Shown here: piece after piece, positions 12,694-24,600 of the stretch
Numbering within the stretch: position 1 is the stretch's first letter
How the letters are laid out: each line of letters opens with the position of its first letter
Assembly: GCA_012862495.1 (NCBI GenBank)
Contig: BLSG01000216.1
Coordinates: 108,378 to 151,032 of the forward strand
DNA from: Thraustochytrium aureum
Lineage: Eukaryota
Direction: 5' to 3'
Length of the DNA: 42,655 nucleotides
Translations under genes and position numbers: made by a program
The notes under the pieces: generated by a model
What the model was told of the DNA's origin: nothing
Database searches by the model: none
What the model saw: only the letters and a program-made list of their open reading frames with translations

Positions 12694-14158
12694 TCCGCCG
12701 CGCAACGCCTTTGGCGCTCTGCCGCTGCCCAAGCAGCTTCTTTGTCGAGGTTACCGTTACAAACCTGGCGAACTAGAGAAGTTTCGCGGTCAATGACGGC
12801 CAATCGGCACAATTGAAGCGCGCGCATTCAGGTCCTTGCAGCAGACCTCCGCGAAATTGGATGCAAACAGAGTCGCTTGTCGAGCAGAGTTGAGTCCTAG
12901 GTTGGGATGAGGCGGCCGCCTGCACGGGGAGGAGACGAAGCCGAACCCTCCGCGTTTCGGGCGTGATCGGCACAGATGCCTCCTCAACCTTGGTCAAGAG
13001 CAGATTGGACCAAGCCTGAACGATTTTGCGCACCGAGCTGTCAATTTCCCGTTCCTGGGCTGCTGGCGCCGATTCTCTCCGCGACTGTTTGCAACGCTTG
13101 AGCAACAAAAGCTCACTGTCACCAGAGCAGCGTCCCTGAGCGACACAACTTGTGCCTTTGGCCTGAATGAGCCAAGATGTCGTAGAATCCAAATCTGCCA
13201 GGACTTGACTGAGCTCGGCGTCAGCTACCGCGAGGCGAACAGGCCAGGGTAAAGTGGGAAGAGTTCAGCGAGGACAAGCGCGGCGGTCGAGCGAATGATG
13301 ACGAGTCTCGCCGGTGAAATTAGCAACTTCACATTTGCATCGTTCGCCTTGCCGTTCGAGTCAGCGTTTGAGCCAGATTCGTTCAAATTGCGAGTCCGCT
13401 TATGAAACTTCACTCCAAACCAAGTCATTGCAGCGCCTGTGGCAGAGGATGCGAAGACCGACCCGAGTCCAGCCGCCGACATCCACTTTTTGCAATAGCA
13501 ATACACGCCCCTGAACGATCCGCTTGAATTATCGAGGCTGCTGGCGAAAACCAGCACGGTAGCAGCATGCCACATTCAGCAAATTCACTTTCCGTTTCTC
13601 GCAAACATTGGCCGCTTGATTACTTTGCGTCCTCGGACAGCCAGTCGTTGGCATGGACGCGTAGCATCCAACACAAGAGCGAGGCAAATGACCACAGCGA
13701 CGTTTCAAGTGCCTGCCTGCTCCTCACCCTCCCGAACGTGGCCACCTGGGCAGCGATTTCCAGCGCGGGTAACTCCTCCTTACTGACTACCGTTCCCCAC
13801 CTGCGTTCTTGCCTCGCTCTGCGGTTGACCGTACGCTTGAAAGATGCCAGTCGTCGCAGGCAATGGGAGGTTTAAACGGCCAACTGCATGGCTGCCGCCT
13901 TCGCCTGTTAGTGCAAAAGGTTTCAAGGGTCCCCATGGCCTGTCATGCAAGAGAAGGAGGCGCGGGTCTTGTTTGCTGCTGTCGTGGGGCCGCGTGCACT
14001 CAAGGGACACTTTGCGAGCGATGGAATGGGAATTCTAAGCGATCTTTGCTGTCTTTGGCGGGCTAGAGCATGTATTTTTGTGGCGAGGGTTTAGCTTGAA
14101 TCTTTCATGGATAAGCGGCGTGGCGCTCAGCCCTGTTCAGACTCCCGGGAATCTCTGT

Positions 14159-14473
14159 TTAGTTGCGAGCAGCAACGTACGCGGCAGCGCCGGCCAGCAG
14201 AAGAGAACCTGACGTCAGCGCGCCAGAGCTGCAGGTAAAGTCGCACCCATCGAACTGCTTCACCGCAGTCTCGCAAAGTTGGACCACTTCAGCCCCAATC
14301 TCGCACCCGTTGTCGCTAAAGCACTTGGCGGCCTTGGGAAAAGCGGTCTCCAGTGAACTGCAAGTAGTCCCGAAAGTGACTCCGGCAGCGCAAGTCGCAG
14401 CCGCTGCAGTATCACACTCGGCGCGGGCGGTCGCCACGAGGGCGGCACCAGCGAGGACGGCGAAGAGCTTCAT
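14159..14473 (-). CDS. Small secreted 8-Cys protein, probably GPI-anchored, 104 aa
   Basis: Signal peptide MKLFAVLAGAALVATARA, 8 Cys, small-residue omega region (SSG) and hydrophobic tail SLLLAGAAAYVAA. An A/C-rich leader precedes the ATG. Confidence 0.8.
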   Translation of the reverse strand: MKLFAVLAGAALVATARAECDTAAAATCAAGVTFGTTCSSLETAFPKAAKCFSDNGCEIGAEVVQLCETAVKQFDGCDFTCSSGALTSGSLLLAGAAAYVAARN

Positions 14474-14791
14474 GTTTGTTGCGGTTGGCTTGTTGTTTGC
14501 TTGAAGGCTTCGATTCGATCTGCAACAGATGCTTTCTTGCTTTGCTGATGCTTTTGGCGTTGGGGGTCTGCTGCCACCGCCGGCCCGGCCAGCAACACTT
14601 CGCCGAGTATCACAGCAACTCAATCAATACTACTTAGCAGGAAGAGTCTCGCCCTCCTCGGCCCGAGAGCGCTCGCTCGAGAGTTGCTCTCCTCACGACA
14701 CTCCCTTGTCGCTCGAGAGTTGCTCGCCGCGTTGTGCCTCCTCGAGAACGCGCGCGACCATCTCAAGCTCCGCACCTCTGACTCTCAAGTC

Positions 14792-16229
14792 CGTTTGCAC
14801 CACCTACCATTGCACTTGCACGAGCCCTCTCGTGGCCTCAGCGCCAGTCCGCGCCCAGAGTCACGGTGCGCTTGCGGCTGCTTCTCTTGGCCGCTCAGAG
14901 ATCGCGGCAGTCTGCGGCCAACCTGGCAGTCTGCGGCCAACGAAACCGTCGGAGTTGAACAACCGCAGCCGTCCTCACCGTGAAGGGAGCGCCCCTATCA
15001 TGGTGGTGTTGAGGATCACGCCCTTCAATGAACAGAACAGATTTTCAACGGAGAGGGGCCGCGGCGCTGGAAGAGCAGTTCTCCGATGATGGGCGAGATC
15101 GCAAAAACCTCTCTGTGTGAGCGCGCGGAGAAAGACTTGCACTGGTTCTCTATCTGTCTGTGACTGAGCTCGGGCGCAGAGCTCGGGCGCAGAGAGTCTG
15201 CCGCGAGGTAGCTGAATCGAGGCAGCGCGAGGTACAGCAGCCACACAAACCTCTGTTCGAGTCAACGGCCCGGATACTGTACTCCACTTCTCCAATGACT
15301 GCGACGTTACAGCGACGTTTCACCTGTCTGCCAGCTCTAAGTCAAAGAGTTCGCTGCGAGGTAGCTGGATCCAGACAGCCCAGCTACAGCGAGCCAGTAC
15401 AAAGCTCGACCCGAGTCACCGGCTCAGATACCGCTTCACCTGCTCTCCAATGCCAGCGAGAATGGAGCGACGCTTCGGCGTGGGCACTGCTCGCGCCGTT
15501 TCGTTTGCACCACCTGCTGCTGCACTTGCAGACCCTGTAAAGCAGCCCTCTGCGCCTTCATGGCCTCCGCGCCAGTCCGTGCCCTGAGTCTCGTTGCGCT
15601 TTGGCTGCTTTTCTTGGCCGTTCAGAGATCGCAGCAGCTGCGCTGTAGTCAGTTTTCGCAACGCCTTTCTTGATCAAGCAACCCGGCCAACGCTCAAGTG
15701 CGGCTTGATCGGGACCTGGCAGTCTGCGGTCAACCTGGCAGTCTGCAGCCAACGAAACTGTTGGAAATGGACGACCGCAGGCATCCTCACTTTGAAGGGA
15801 ACGATCGTGATGAGGTTGAGGATGCCGCGGCACTGGACTGCCACTGGAGGAGAAATTCACTGGACCGTGTGTCGGTCCGTGAGCGCAGAGCGAGTCACCG
15901 GCTGGATCGTGTGTCTTCCCAAGAGCCTCTCCCTGTGAGCGCGGAGGGTGGCAACTGCTGATTCTCAATCTGTCTCTGACTGAGCTTGGGCCCAGAGAGT
16001 CTGCCGCGAGGTAGCTGGCTCCAGGGAGCTCAGGTACAGCAGCCAGTGCAAAGTTCTGTCCGAGTCAACGGCCCGGATGCTGTGCTCTCTCCTCTGACTA
16101 CGAGGGCGGGGCTGCGCCTGAACTCGGAGCGGCTGCCGCGAGGCGACCGGATCCTGACAGCTCCAAGGGCCGCGAGCCAGTGCAAAACTCTGTCCGAGGC
16201 AACGGCTTCGTACTGTGCTCTCTCCAATG
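14792..16229. repeat. Diverged tandem duplication (two units of about 660-730 bp), each containing two sub-repeats of about 110 bp
   Basis: CGTTTGCACCACCT at 14792 and 15502; CTGGCAGTCTGC..CCAACGAAAC in both units. Sub-repeats beginning GAG..(T/G)CTGCCGCGAGG-like near 15192, 15345, 15995 and 16125. Confidence 0.8.
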
Positions 16230-16357
16230 GGGCGACGATTCATAATGGACTCTGCTCGCGCCGTTGCGCGCGTTTCATCCCTCCGTTTGAGTGACTGTGA
16301 CTGGTTCAACTGGAAGAGGGAGGCTGGTTGGGCCTCCTACTTCACTTGAAACAATGA

Positions 16358-16447
16358 AATTTCTCAAGTAATTTCTCAAGTAATTTCTCAAGTAATTTCT
16401 CAAGTAATTTCTCAAGTAATTTCTCAAGTAATTTCTCAAGTAATTTC
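16358..16447. repeat. Perfect 12-bp minisatellite (AATTTCTCAAGT) x7.5
   Basis: Seven exact copies plus AATTTC. Confidence 0.95.
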
Positions 16448-16459
16448 GGACTGTTTTCG

Positions 16460-16593
16460 TTGGTTCAAGGAGAGGCAGCGAGCGTGCATATTGTCGGTTT
16501 CGTGGTAGTACATGCAGTACTTAGGGTACTCTACTCCGAGTCTACTTACATTGTAGTCAGGGCAGTGAGTCTCGCTGCCCCTCCTTCGACCAA
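16460..16593. mobile_element. Possible MITE or hairpin, 134 bp, with 23-bp terminal inverted repeats
   Basis: TTGGTTCAAGGAGAGGCAGCGAG (16460-16482) matches the reverse complement of CTCGCTGCCCCTCCTTCGACCAA (16571-16593) at 20/23 positions. No target-site duplication is evident. Confidence 0.35.
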
Positions 16594-17783
16594 AATCTCA
16601 ATAAAATAAGGATTGTCTCCGTCTCCTCAAGAGAGAGAGAGGCAATGTGAAGGGAGCGATTCTTGAGCAGAGTGAGTCGCGTACGCGGACAATACGTTCA
16701 CCTCTCAGTCAAAAACAAGCGAGTGACCGAAGAGCACACTACAGTGGCATGAACAGGGGTGCCAATGAGCACTGCATTCATTCTTGGAAAGGGCGGAGCG
16801 CGCGTGAACAAGGCAAACCGCATGCGTCACACGCGTCGTGCACAAACCTTTCGAGCGCCTCACGCCGGAGAAGCCAGCCTTCGAGACAGCACGCCGTCGC
16901 ACCCAGGCAAGAACAAATCCTGGACGGGATTTGATCGAAAGACGGAGCGGGCAACTCCTCTCTTGAAGCACGCCGCGGTCTTCGAGTTGCGCAAGGGCCA
17001 AAACAAGTCTTTCGATCGCGTGCGCGCACGCGGCGTGCACAACACACCCTTCGAGCAACTCGCACGGGGAGAAGCCAGCTCTCGAGCCAGGTCTTCGTCG
17101 CACTTGTGCAAGAGCAAAATTCGCACAAGCAGGTAATAATCCCACTTCACGCGGCGCGGCGTGTGTTGGACGACCTCCTCCTTGTGCATAATGCGGAGTC
17201 CATGAAAGTAGGTGGCCCTGAGCTTTTGTCGTGGGCGAGCAAGAGTCAAGGCTTTCGCACATTTCCAGTGCGCTGTGCGCAACACGAGGTTCGCGTGTGC
17301 TTCAAGTCGCGCGCGATCGTGCACAAACGGAAATGAATGGCTTTGTCAGCGAGTGCACGCTTTGACATAAATGAAATGAAAGGCCTTTCAGGAGGCCGGG
17401 CTCTTGGGTTGGACTACATGGACTGCGTTCGCGTGTCTGTGCTCAACGAGAGTGGGTGCACCCAATCGCTCGGTCACGATAAAGCAAAACGCGGGCATCT
17501 TCGCGCAACGCAACGCAAAAGTGACAAGGTCATCGTTCACTCGCCAACGCCTTTCCAGTCTCACGCTTGGCAGGCGGTTCAAGCCAGCCAGGGGGTCGGC
17601 GCGCCAGCTCGACCATACCGGAAGAGCAGACCCCGAACGCGAAGCAAGAGCCACTCGAGCGAGCAAGGTGCAAAGCAACCCGCGAGCCGATAGTCCGAGC
17701 CAACCAGGAGCAGAACCAAGCTCGACCCGAAAGTACGGCCATCAGCACAGGAAGAAGTCAGGTGCACGAAACTCGATCCAGCG

Positions 17784-18362
17784 ATGATTTTCAAGAACGG
17801 ACTCGTAGTTGTCTCCATGGCCCTCGCGGCAACCAGCGTTCGTGGCCAGTTCGGCGCTGGAGTCACGGGTAGCTGCCCTGAAGTTAATGCCTGCATAAAC
17901 GAGGCGATGGCGGGGCTCGTGCCCTCAATTGGCACGACCCCCGGCGATCTGTGTGGGATCTATCAAGATGTCTTCACGAAAATCGGCGACTGCTACGAGT
18001 CAGGCTGCTTCACATCCGAGCAGACAGACGCATTCTGTCTCTCGCTTGACCAACAGTTCTCGGCGATCGCCTTGGTTCTTGGTGATTGCCCGGCCCCTGA
18101 TTGCCCACTTTCGGCGGGCATGTCAGCCGGAGCTGTTGCTGGCGTTGTAATTGGCGCATTGGCTGGCACTGCGGCGGTCGTCGGGGCGGGTGTTGCAGTA
18201 GCAGCTCACTTCGGTCTCACCCAAAACTTCAGCCTCTTGGAGAAGTTCCAGCCCAAGTTCGAGTTCAAGCGCAACAACAAGAACAACGGCAAGGTTGAAG
18301 GCGAAATTGCCACGGAGGTGGTGGCCCCGCACGACGGGAAGGCTTCAGAGCAGCAAGTCTGA
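17784..18362 (+). CDS. Type I membrane protein with an 8-Cys ectodomain, 192 aa
   Basis: Signal peptide (..VVVSMALAATSVRG|Q), 8 Cys, TM segment AGAVAGVVIGALAGTAAVVGAGVAVAA and a charged cytoplasmic tail. Confidence 0.8.
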   Translation: MIFKNGLVVVSMALAATSVRGQFGAGVTGSCPEVNACINEAMAGLVPSIGTTPGDLCGIYQDVFTKIGDCYESGCFTSEQTDAFCLSLDQQFSAIALVLGDCPAPDCPLSAGMSAGAVAGVVIGALAGTAAVVGAGVAVAAHFGLTQNFSLLEKFQPKFEFKRNNKNNGKVEGEIATEVVAPHDGKASEQQV

Positions 18363-20061
18363 AGACGCGCACGCGCACCTACTGTCTCAACCAAACAAAA
18401 CTGAGAAAGAGGAAAGCAAGTTCAAATCACTTTCGTTCAACAAAAAACAAGCATTTCATGAACAAAGCTGGCAGGGGTTTTGCTGTGGCCACGATCCAGG
18501 CGTGGGAAAGCGTTTCGTCCTTCGAGTTGACGGGACGGCTGAGTTAAAGCATTAACTCTAGCTAGCCGCGGGTGACCCGTACGCCAACTAGTCGGACGCA
18601 CATGATGATGCGTGCGATCAGTGGCAAGTTCCTTGCTTCGGGACACTTTAACAAGAAAATTGCACTTCGAAGTTTCTGCCAAAACTGTGGACGACATCAA
18701 GTCTAGCCACGGCAGCGGGAAATAAAGTCTTTGTCCAACGCCGTAAGGCGCCGCTGCAGTTTGAATTTCAGCTTTGGGGCGCTCACGCGTAGCACCTGCG
18801 ACGACTGTGTTTTAAAATCAAAATGACTCCTGGCGGTCCGGTTGAAAGCGCAAGGCTTCAATCAAGACCTAGGTTGGGCAGCTTTGTTTCTTTCACCTTT
18901 TCTTTCACTTTGCTTTTTAGGTCGCGGCTCCCGTCTTTGAGCGTCGCGTAGCGTAACAACCCACCCAAATGGAGCACATCAAGTCCAGCAAGAAATCCAA
19001 CTGTCTGCATGCATACCCAAAAGACATACAAGGTCTTTGTTGTTGTTTGTAAGTCAGCTTCTCAGATCGCTGCAGCGCGACCACGCGCATTGCACCGCGC
19101 CTGCATTGACCACCAACCGTTCTACACGGCGCATTGAATCACGCAGACAGAGCTCTTGGGAGACTCTAGATTTGACTTGTCTTGTCGAAAAAGCAAGATC
19201 GCCTCAGCGGCGTCCCTGCTCGCGAGATTCGAGCAGTCGCAACTCGTTCTTTGGCAACGTCATTCGCTTTGGCAGGGTCACTCAATCAGCCCAACGGGTC
19301 TAACGNNNNNNNNNNNNNNNNNNNNNNNNNNNNNNNNNNNNNNNNNNNNNNNNNNNNNNNNNNNNNNNNNNNNNNNNNNNNNNNNNNNNNNNNNNNNNNN
19401 NNNNNNNNNNNNNNNNNNNNNNNNNNNNNNNNNNNNNNNNNNNNNNNNNNNNNNNNNNNNNNNNNNNNNNNNNNNNAACGGGTCTAACGGATCTACCCAC
19501 ACGCATCCAGCGACGAACATTCGGAATGAAGCAGCGAGCGAGCCCAACGCGCATGACAGGCGCCAGGGACGTCACATTTCTCTACGGCCAGTGAGCAGCT
19601 GTCATTGGAGCTTTGTCTTTCGCGGCACTCAAGCGGCTCTTGCTTATTTTCTTTCCAGGGAATGCCAACCCATTTGGTGTATCGTGGGCGCTGCTCCATG
19701 TTTTTTTCTGGAGCATGTGCAGACGGCGGACCAGCGCGCGCTTTGCAGCGATGCGCTCGATCGCGCTTCGACCAAGGCGTTGAGACTGTAGTGCTGGGAG
19801 CATTGCTTGCCGCTCTGGAATACAGCAGCGGAGTTGGGAATCCTTGCCCATCAGCTGGACCGCATCGGGAGCACATTGGGAGTGATGTCAAGGTGAAGGC
19901 AAGAAACGAGACTAGGCCACCCACGTCCATGACTGTGACCTGGAGACAGGCTGCGAGGTGGCAAACACCCATCAAAACGCGAATCGCGAAAGCCGCCTCG
20001 TTCGCAGATCGCAAAGCCGCAGTCAGCCCGAACCACCCGCGCCGTCGTTGTTGAAAGAAAA

Positions 20062-21516
20062 ATGGAAGGATCTCTGCGTTGGCTCGTCGTCTGCGTTCTA
20101 CTCTGCGAAGGCATGGCATGGTGGCCAACCAGTTGGACGAGTAGCACGAACGAGGCGAGCAAGGAAAAGGATTTGCTCGAGCTGCCGGGGCGCTATCAGC
20201 TGCCGTGGACGAGACCTGAAGCTGTCACGGAGCCAGCGCGCTTGCTTTTTGAGCGACTTGGCACGGTCGACGCGTGCAAACAAGGCGTCGGTGACCAGTT
20301 TGCAGCGCGCCTGGGCAGCCAGGACCTGAGCAGCCTGAGCCCTGCGTCGCGCAAAGAGCTATACAATGCCGCAGCGCTTGCTCTGACCAACTGCCACCTG
20401 GAGGCACATGAGCGAGCCCCGCGCCATGCATACTCTAGCGCCGTGGGGATGACAGAGTCGCACTTTGCCATACTGACCATGTTTACGCTGGAAGTGGAGA
20501 GGATCTGCGCGGAACTTGGGCACGAGCGCTGGCAACGCAGCGTTGAACTATTGGTCGAGCGGCTGTTTGGCGAACTGGCCGCGACCAGGTCTAAACTTCA
20601 GGAAGTGCAAGCTTTGGCGGAGGGCGCAGCTCTGGCGCAGCGCAAACTGCGCGCCATTGTGCGTTCGACTGCAAAGTGGCAATCCTCAGCCTTTGCCAAC
20701 TTGACTGTCTCTGTCGGCGCAGCCCAGTCGGCTGCAGCCCAAGTGGTCGTGGAAATTGGGACGCAGCAGGACCTTGTTCGAGGCGCACTCAACCACTCTC
20801 GCGCGCTGCTTGGGACGCTCGAGTCTGGCCAAGCAGACCTCAACGCAACGTTGCTTGCCTGGGCGCCCGCGCTGGAGTCCCTTCGGTTCGCGACAGAGCA
20901 CCAGTCGCACTGGGCAAGCACTTTGCGGACGGGTGGATTTTACCTTGCGTGGACATTACTCTGCTACTTGTCCGCGTGGCCGCTCGCTGGGACCACAGGC
21001 CTCGCCTTCGCTGTTGCTGTCGACCTCTCCATGGACCAGGATGCGCGTTTCAACCTGCGCGAGTCGATCTGGGCCTTTCGTCGCAGCCTAGCATCGGCTT
21101 CGGCTTTCTGCAGTGCTGTGGAGTTTGCGATTCGCATAGGGATGTGGAGTGCGGCACGTCGCACGAAAAAGGCCACGGTCTCTACCTTAAGCGAGAGCGC
21201 GGTCGGCTCGTGGGTTTGCACCGAGTTTCGCTCCGAGCCTCTCATGAACAGCGAAAGAAGCGCCCCTGCAGGCCAGCCACTGTTTGACCTTCTGGTGCAC
21301 GAGATCGTTCGGCTGAGACAGCTCGAGCGACGGGCGAGCGAAATCTCGCACGGCGAAGCGTCTGAAGCCTATGCCGAGATTGGGTGCAATCTGCGCGCAG
21401 CCTTGGCTTCACAGGCTCCACCTGGCTATGCTCAGCAACGCGATGGCAGCCTGGTTAGCCTGGAGATATTTCGAGAGCCCCCCAAAGAGTGCGTCGCCGC
21501 GAGGGCTGCGAAGTAA
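20062..21516 (+). CDS. GEX1: GEX1/KAR5/Brambleberry-like nuclear envelope fusion protein, 484 aa
   Basis: Signal peptide; Cys-rich-domain signature ALALTNCHLEAHER...MFTLEVERICAELGHERWQRSVELLVERL; then a coiled-coil region and 2-3 hydrophobic segments (GFYLAWTLLCYLSAW, GLAFAVAV, SAFCSAVEFAIRIGM). This is the GEX1/KAR5 domain order. Confidence 0.7.
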   Translation: MEGSLRWLVVCVLLCEGMAWWPTSWTSSTNEASKEKDLLELPGRYQLPWTRPEAVTEPARLLFERLGTVDACKQGVGDQFAARLGSQDLSSLSPASRKELYNAAALALTNCHLEAHERAPRHAYSSAVGMTESHFAILTMFTLEVERICAELGHERWQRSVELLVERLFGELAATRSKLQEVQALAEGAALAQRKLRAIVRSTAKWQSSAFANLTVSVGAAQSAAAQVVVEIGTQQDLVRGALNHSRALLGTLESGQADLNATLLAWAPALESLRFATEHQSHWASTLRTGGFYLAWTLLCYLSAWPLAGTTGLAFAVAVDLSMDQDARFNLRESIWAFRRSLASASAFCSAVEFAIRIGMWSAARRTKKATVSTLSESAVGSWVCTEFRSEPLMNSERSAPAGQPLFDLLVHEIVRLRQLERRASEISHGEASEAYAEIGCNLRAALASQAPPGYAQQRDGSLVSLEIFREPPKECVAARAAK

Positions 21517-21635
21517 CAGACAGCACCGTCAAGGCGCAGGTGACCTCAGCGTTGCTCGCCAAAAAGGTAGCAGAGAGCAGGGACTCTTGTTTATCTTTGG
21601 TAAAATGTTTTCCGCCGGTCGCCCTGCGCCGCGCG

Positions 21636-24600
21636 CTAGAGCAATAGATCTGCGTTCGACAAGGTGCGGAGCGCCACCTTGGCTTTCCTATCCTCGATTT
21701 TGCTCTTGACCTTGAAAACCGCAAACACAAGGATTGCAAGGAAAACGAAGCCGCCGCCCCCTGCAGCAACAGGGATGACCGGGAAGGGCTCTGCGCGCTG
21801 CTCCGTCGACATCGTCGGGCTAAGAGTAATCGATTGCGGGCGCTCCAGCTCGCAGGCAAGGAGTGAGACGTGGTGCAAGCCAATCTCGCGAAACCAAAAC
21901 TCTAGCGCAGCGCCGTCTTCGACCCAAGTCAGTGTGGCTGTCCCGTTGGGGCCGACCAGGTCCTGCGTCGCATTATCCAGGGAAACGCAGCCGGCCCGTG
22001 CGTGGATCGAGCTGAGGATCACCTTGACCTTGCCGTGCCCTTGCACCTGGAAAGACAGCGAAGCCCCGTCGCCGACGACCGAAACGAGATCCATGCGCAT
22101 CGCTAAGCTGACAATGCGCGTCACATCAAGACCTGGCTCAGATGTGTCGCTGTCAAACGCGAGCTTAAACCCAACGTCAGAGTCGCCGCCGCTGTCCGCA
22201 GCTTTGCCTGGCGGCCGAGCAGGGCCGGTGGTGATGCTGAAGGTGCCACCTTGCCGAGGAAGAAAGACCTTGTTCGAGCGAAACGCAAAATGCCCGCCAG
22301 CAGACAAGATACGCTGCGTTTTGTGAATGGACAGCGCAAAATGTCCCAGACTTGGCTCGGGCACGTGTGGCACGCTTCCAGCTTCGACAGTGACGTTGTA
22401 CTGGTGGTCGCCAACCCGTTCGACCAAGAGCTGCGTCGCGTCAAAAGTGCGGATGCGGTCACTGAGCGCCATGCCGGTCACAAACTCTGTGCTCGAATTG
22501 TAAGCAAGAGCCAAAAGCGACTCGAACATAGACTCGGTGTACAGCGTGCTGTTGAAAAAGGAGTTCTTGCCATCGAAGAAATACCGCGTGGGCCCGTAGT
22601 CGTGTACGGGCCAGAGCAGGATCTGGCAGTTGGCAAAGCGCGTGAGCTGACGGAACTGGTCGAGCCAAATCTCCTCCGACTCTTCAGGCGGAAGCTTGAG
22701 CCATTGCGAGAGAGTAAAGTCAAAGTACATGTTGGGGGCGAGGTAGACCATGGTGCCGGGGTCCGCGTTGAGGAAGCCGAAGCCGCCGGGGTACCCTGCC
22801 CCCACCCCGGAGAAGCCGCCGCTCCAATAGGTGGTTTTCTTGAACTTCTGTACCTTGTATGCTGTTGCGAGCGTGTCGCCCGCGCCCGGCTGCGCGGTCC
22901 CGAGGCGAGGGAGGCTCATGTTGCCCATGATTGCGAGCTGGGCCTGGTTGAATTCATACTCGAGATCCACGCCCGGCGCATTGATGTTGTGGGGGTGGTT
23001 GAAGCTATGCGAGCCGATCTCGTTCTCGATGGCGATGTACTCTTGGTACAGGGGCCGAGAAAAGTTCCAGTCGGTGAACTTGCCCTTGGCCGGCTCGTCG
23101 CCGACGTTTACGTAGTAACTTCCGACGACGCCCCACCGCTCGTACCAGGGACGCACAAAGTCGCTCAGCAGTTTGGGCTCGAGTGCGACCGCCTGAGTGT
23201 TGTACATGCTCTGGTCGACATCATTGCGCATGAAAAAGATGCTGTCCATGCGCGTCATTTGAACGCCAAACTTTGCGGCCCCGCGACCGAGGGCGCCTCG
23301 GCCAGCATACTCGGAGACCACAAGCTGGGCTGCGCGCCACACAAAGTCAGAGTTGGCGAGGACCTCGATGGTGCTAAAGTGTATGATTGTCCCAGAAGGG
23401 CGGCCGGTGATTGGCGACATTGGGAGCCTGGAGGCGAGAATGGCGTTTCTCGTGACAACATCCTCATCCACGGGGAAGGTCTGCGAGGCGATGGTGCGAA
23501 CCTCAAAGGTGGACCCGGGGGGGCGCACGTACATGTTTGAGTAGGGCCCAGCCAGGGACTCATCCATGAGGAGCTCGTTGAGGCGCTGGTCGTGAAACAT
23601 GTCTGTTACGTCCTTCACGCGAATCTGGCTTCTTCCAGAGTGGTTGTAAAACACAGGGGAGTCGTCACCGATTCCGAGCAGGCTCTCAGAGACGTGGTAT
23701 GGGTCGCCAGGCAGCGGGTCTTCCGTAACCACGTCGTTGGTTACAAAGTCTCCGCTCGTTACCAGGCCTACGCCGTGCACGTGGATGAGGAGGAAGAGCG
23801 ACTTGCGCAGCTTGGCCCAGATCCTCTTGTCCACGTATGCGAGGTAGGGGATGACCAGCACGCGGTAATGGCAAAACCTGTTGACGTCTAGCAGCTCCTC
23901 GATGTAGACGCGGTCGTGCGGGATGCCGGCCTGAAACATCTGGTTTTGCATCGACATGAAGAGCTGAGAATACGACAAGTCGCTGAAAAACCGTTCGCGG
24001 GTATGGTTGCTGAACACGACCGCCCCACGCACCTCTGCGGTCTCGACGCACGCCACTTGGTCGCCAAGGTCGGCGTAGAAGGCATACGCGTCGAGGAAGA
24101 AGTCGGGGGCGACCACTTCGGCCGGCTTGCTTGCTCCCTTTTGTTGGAGGTGAAGGCTGAGGTCAAGGTCGGCGCTCCCGCGCCATCCCGTTGCATTGAC
24201 CAGCAGGTCTCGCGAGAAGGAAAGCTCCACTCCGTTCTGCGCAGGGACGAGCGCAAAGTCGTCGGCACGTAGTGTTTCCAGTTTTTCGGCGCAGCTGCTG
24301 TTGAAGCCGCGTGCGAGAGGCGGGCAGCCTCGCCAAAGAGAGGGGGGGTCCGCGGCACCTGCGCCGCCCAGCAGAATGTAGACCTCGTACCCCTTGGGTG
24401 CGAAATACCGGTCGTCCAGCGTGCCAGTCTCCTTGTTCTGGTCAACATCAAAGTAGATAGCGCTTGTTGACCTGTCGATTTCCGCTCCCTCGGTCGCATG
24501 AACGAAAAAGAAGTAGCGATCTGTTGCAGCGTCGAAGGTAGCGAACAGTCCTGCGCTTTTCGAACTGGGTTGCTTCCAAAAGGGCGGATGCAAGCGCGTC

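Noticed and set aside
12773..13575. Two short minus-strand ORFs with hydrophobic stretches as a membrane-protein gene
   Set aside because: They are in different frames, have no recognisable motif and no clear splice sites. At most a decayed relic.
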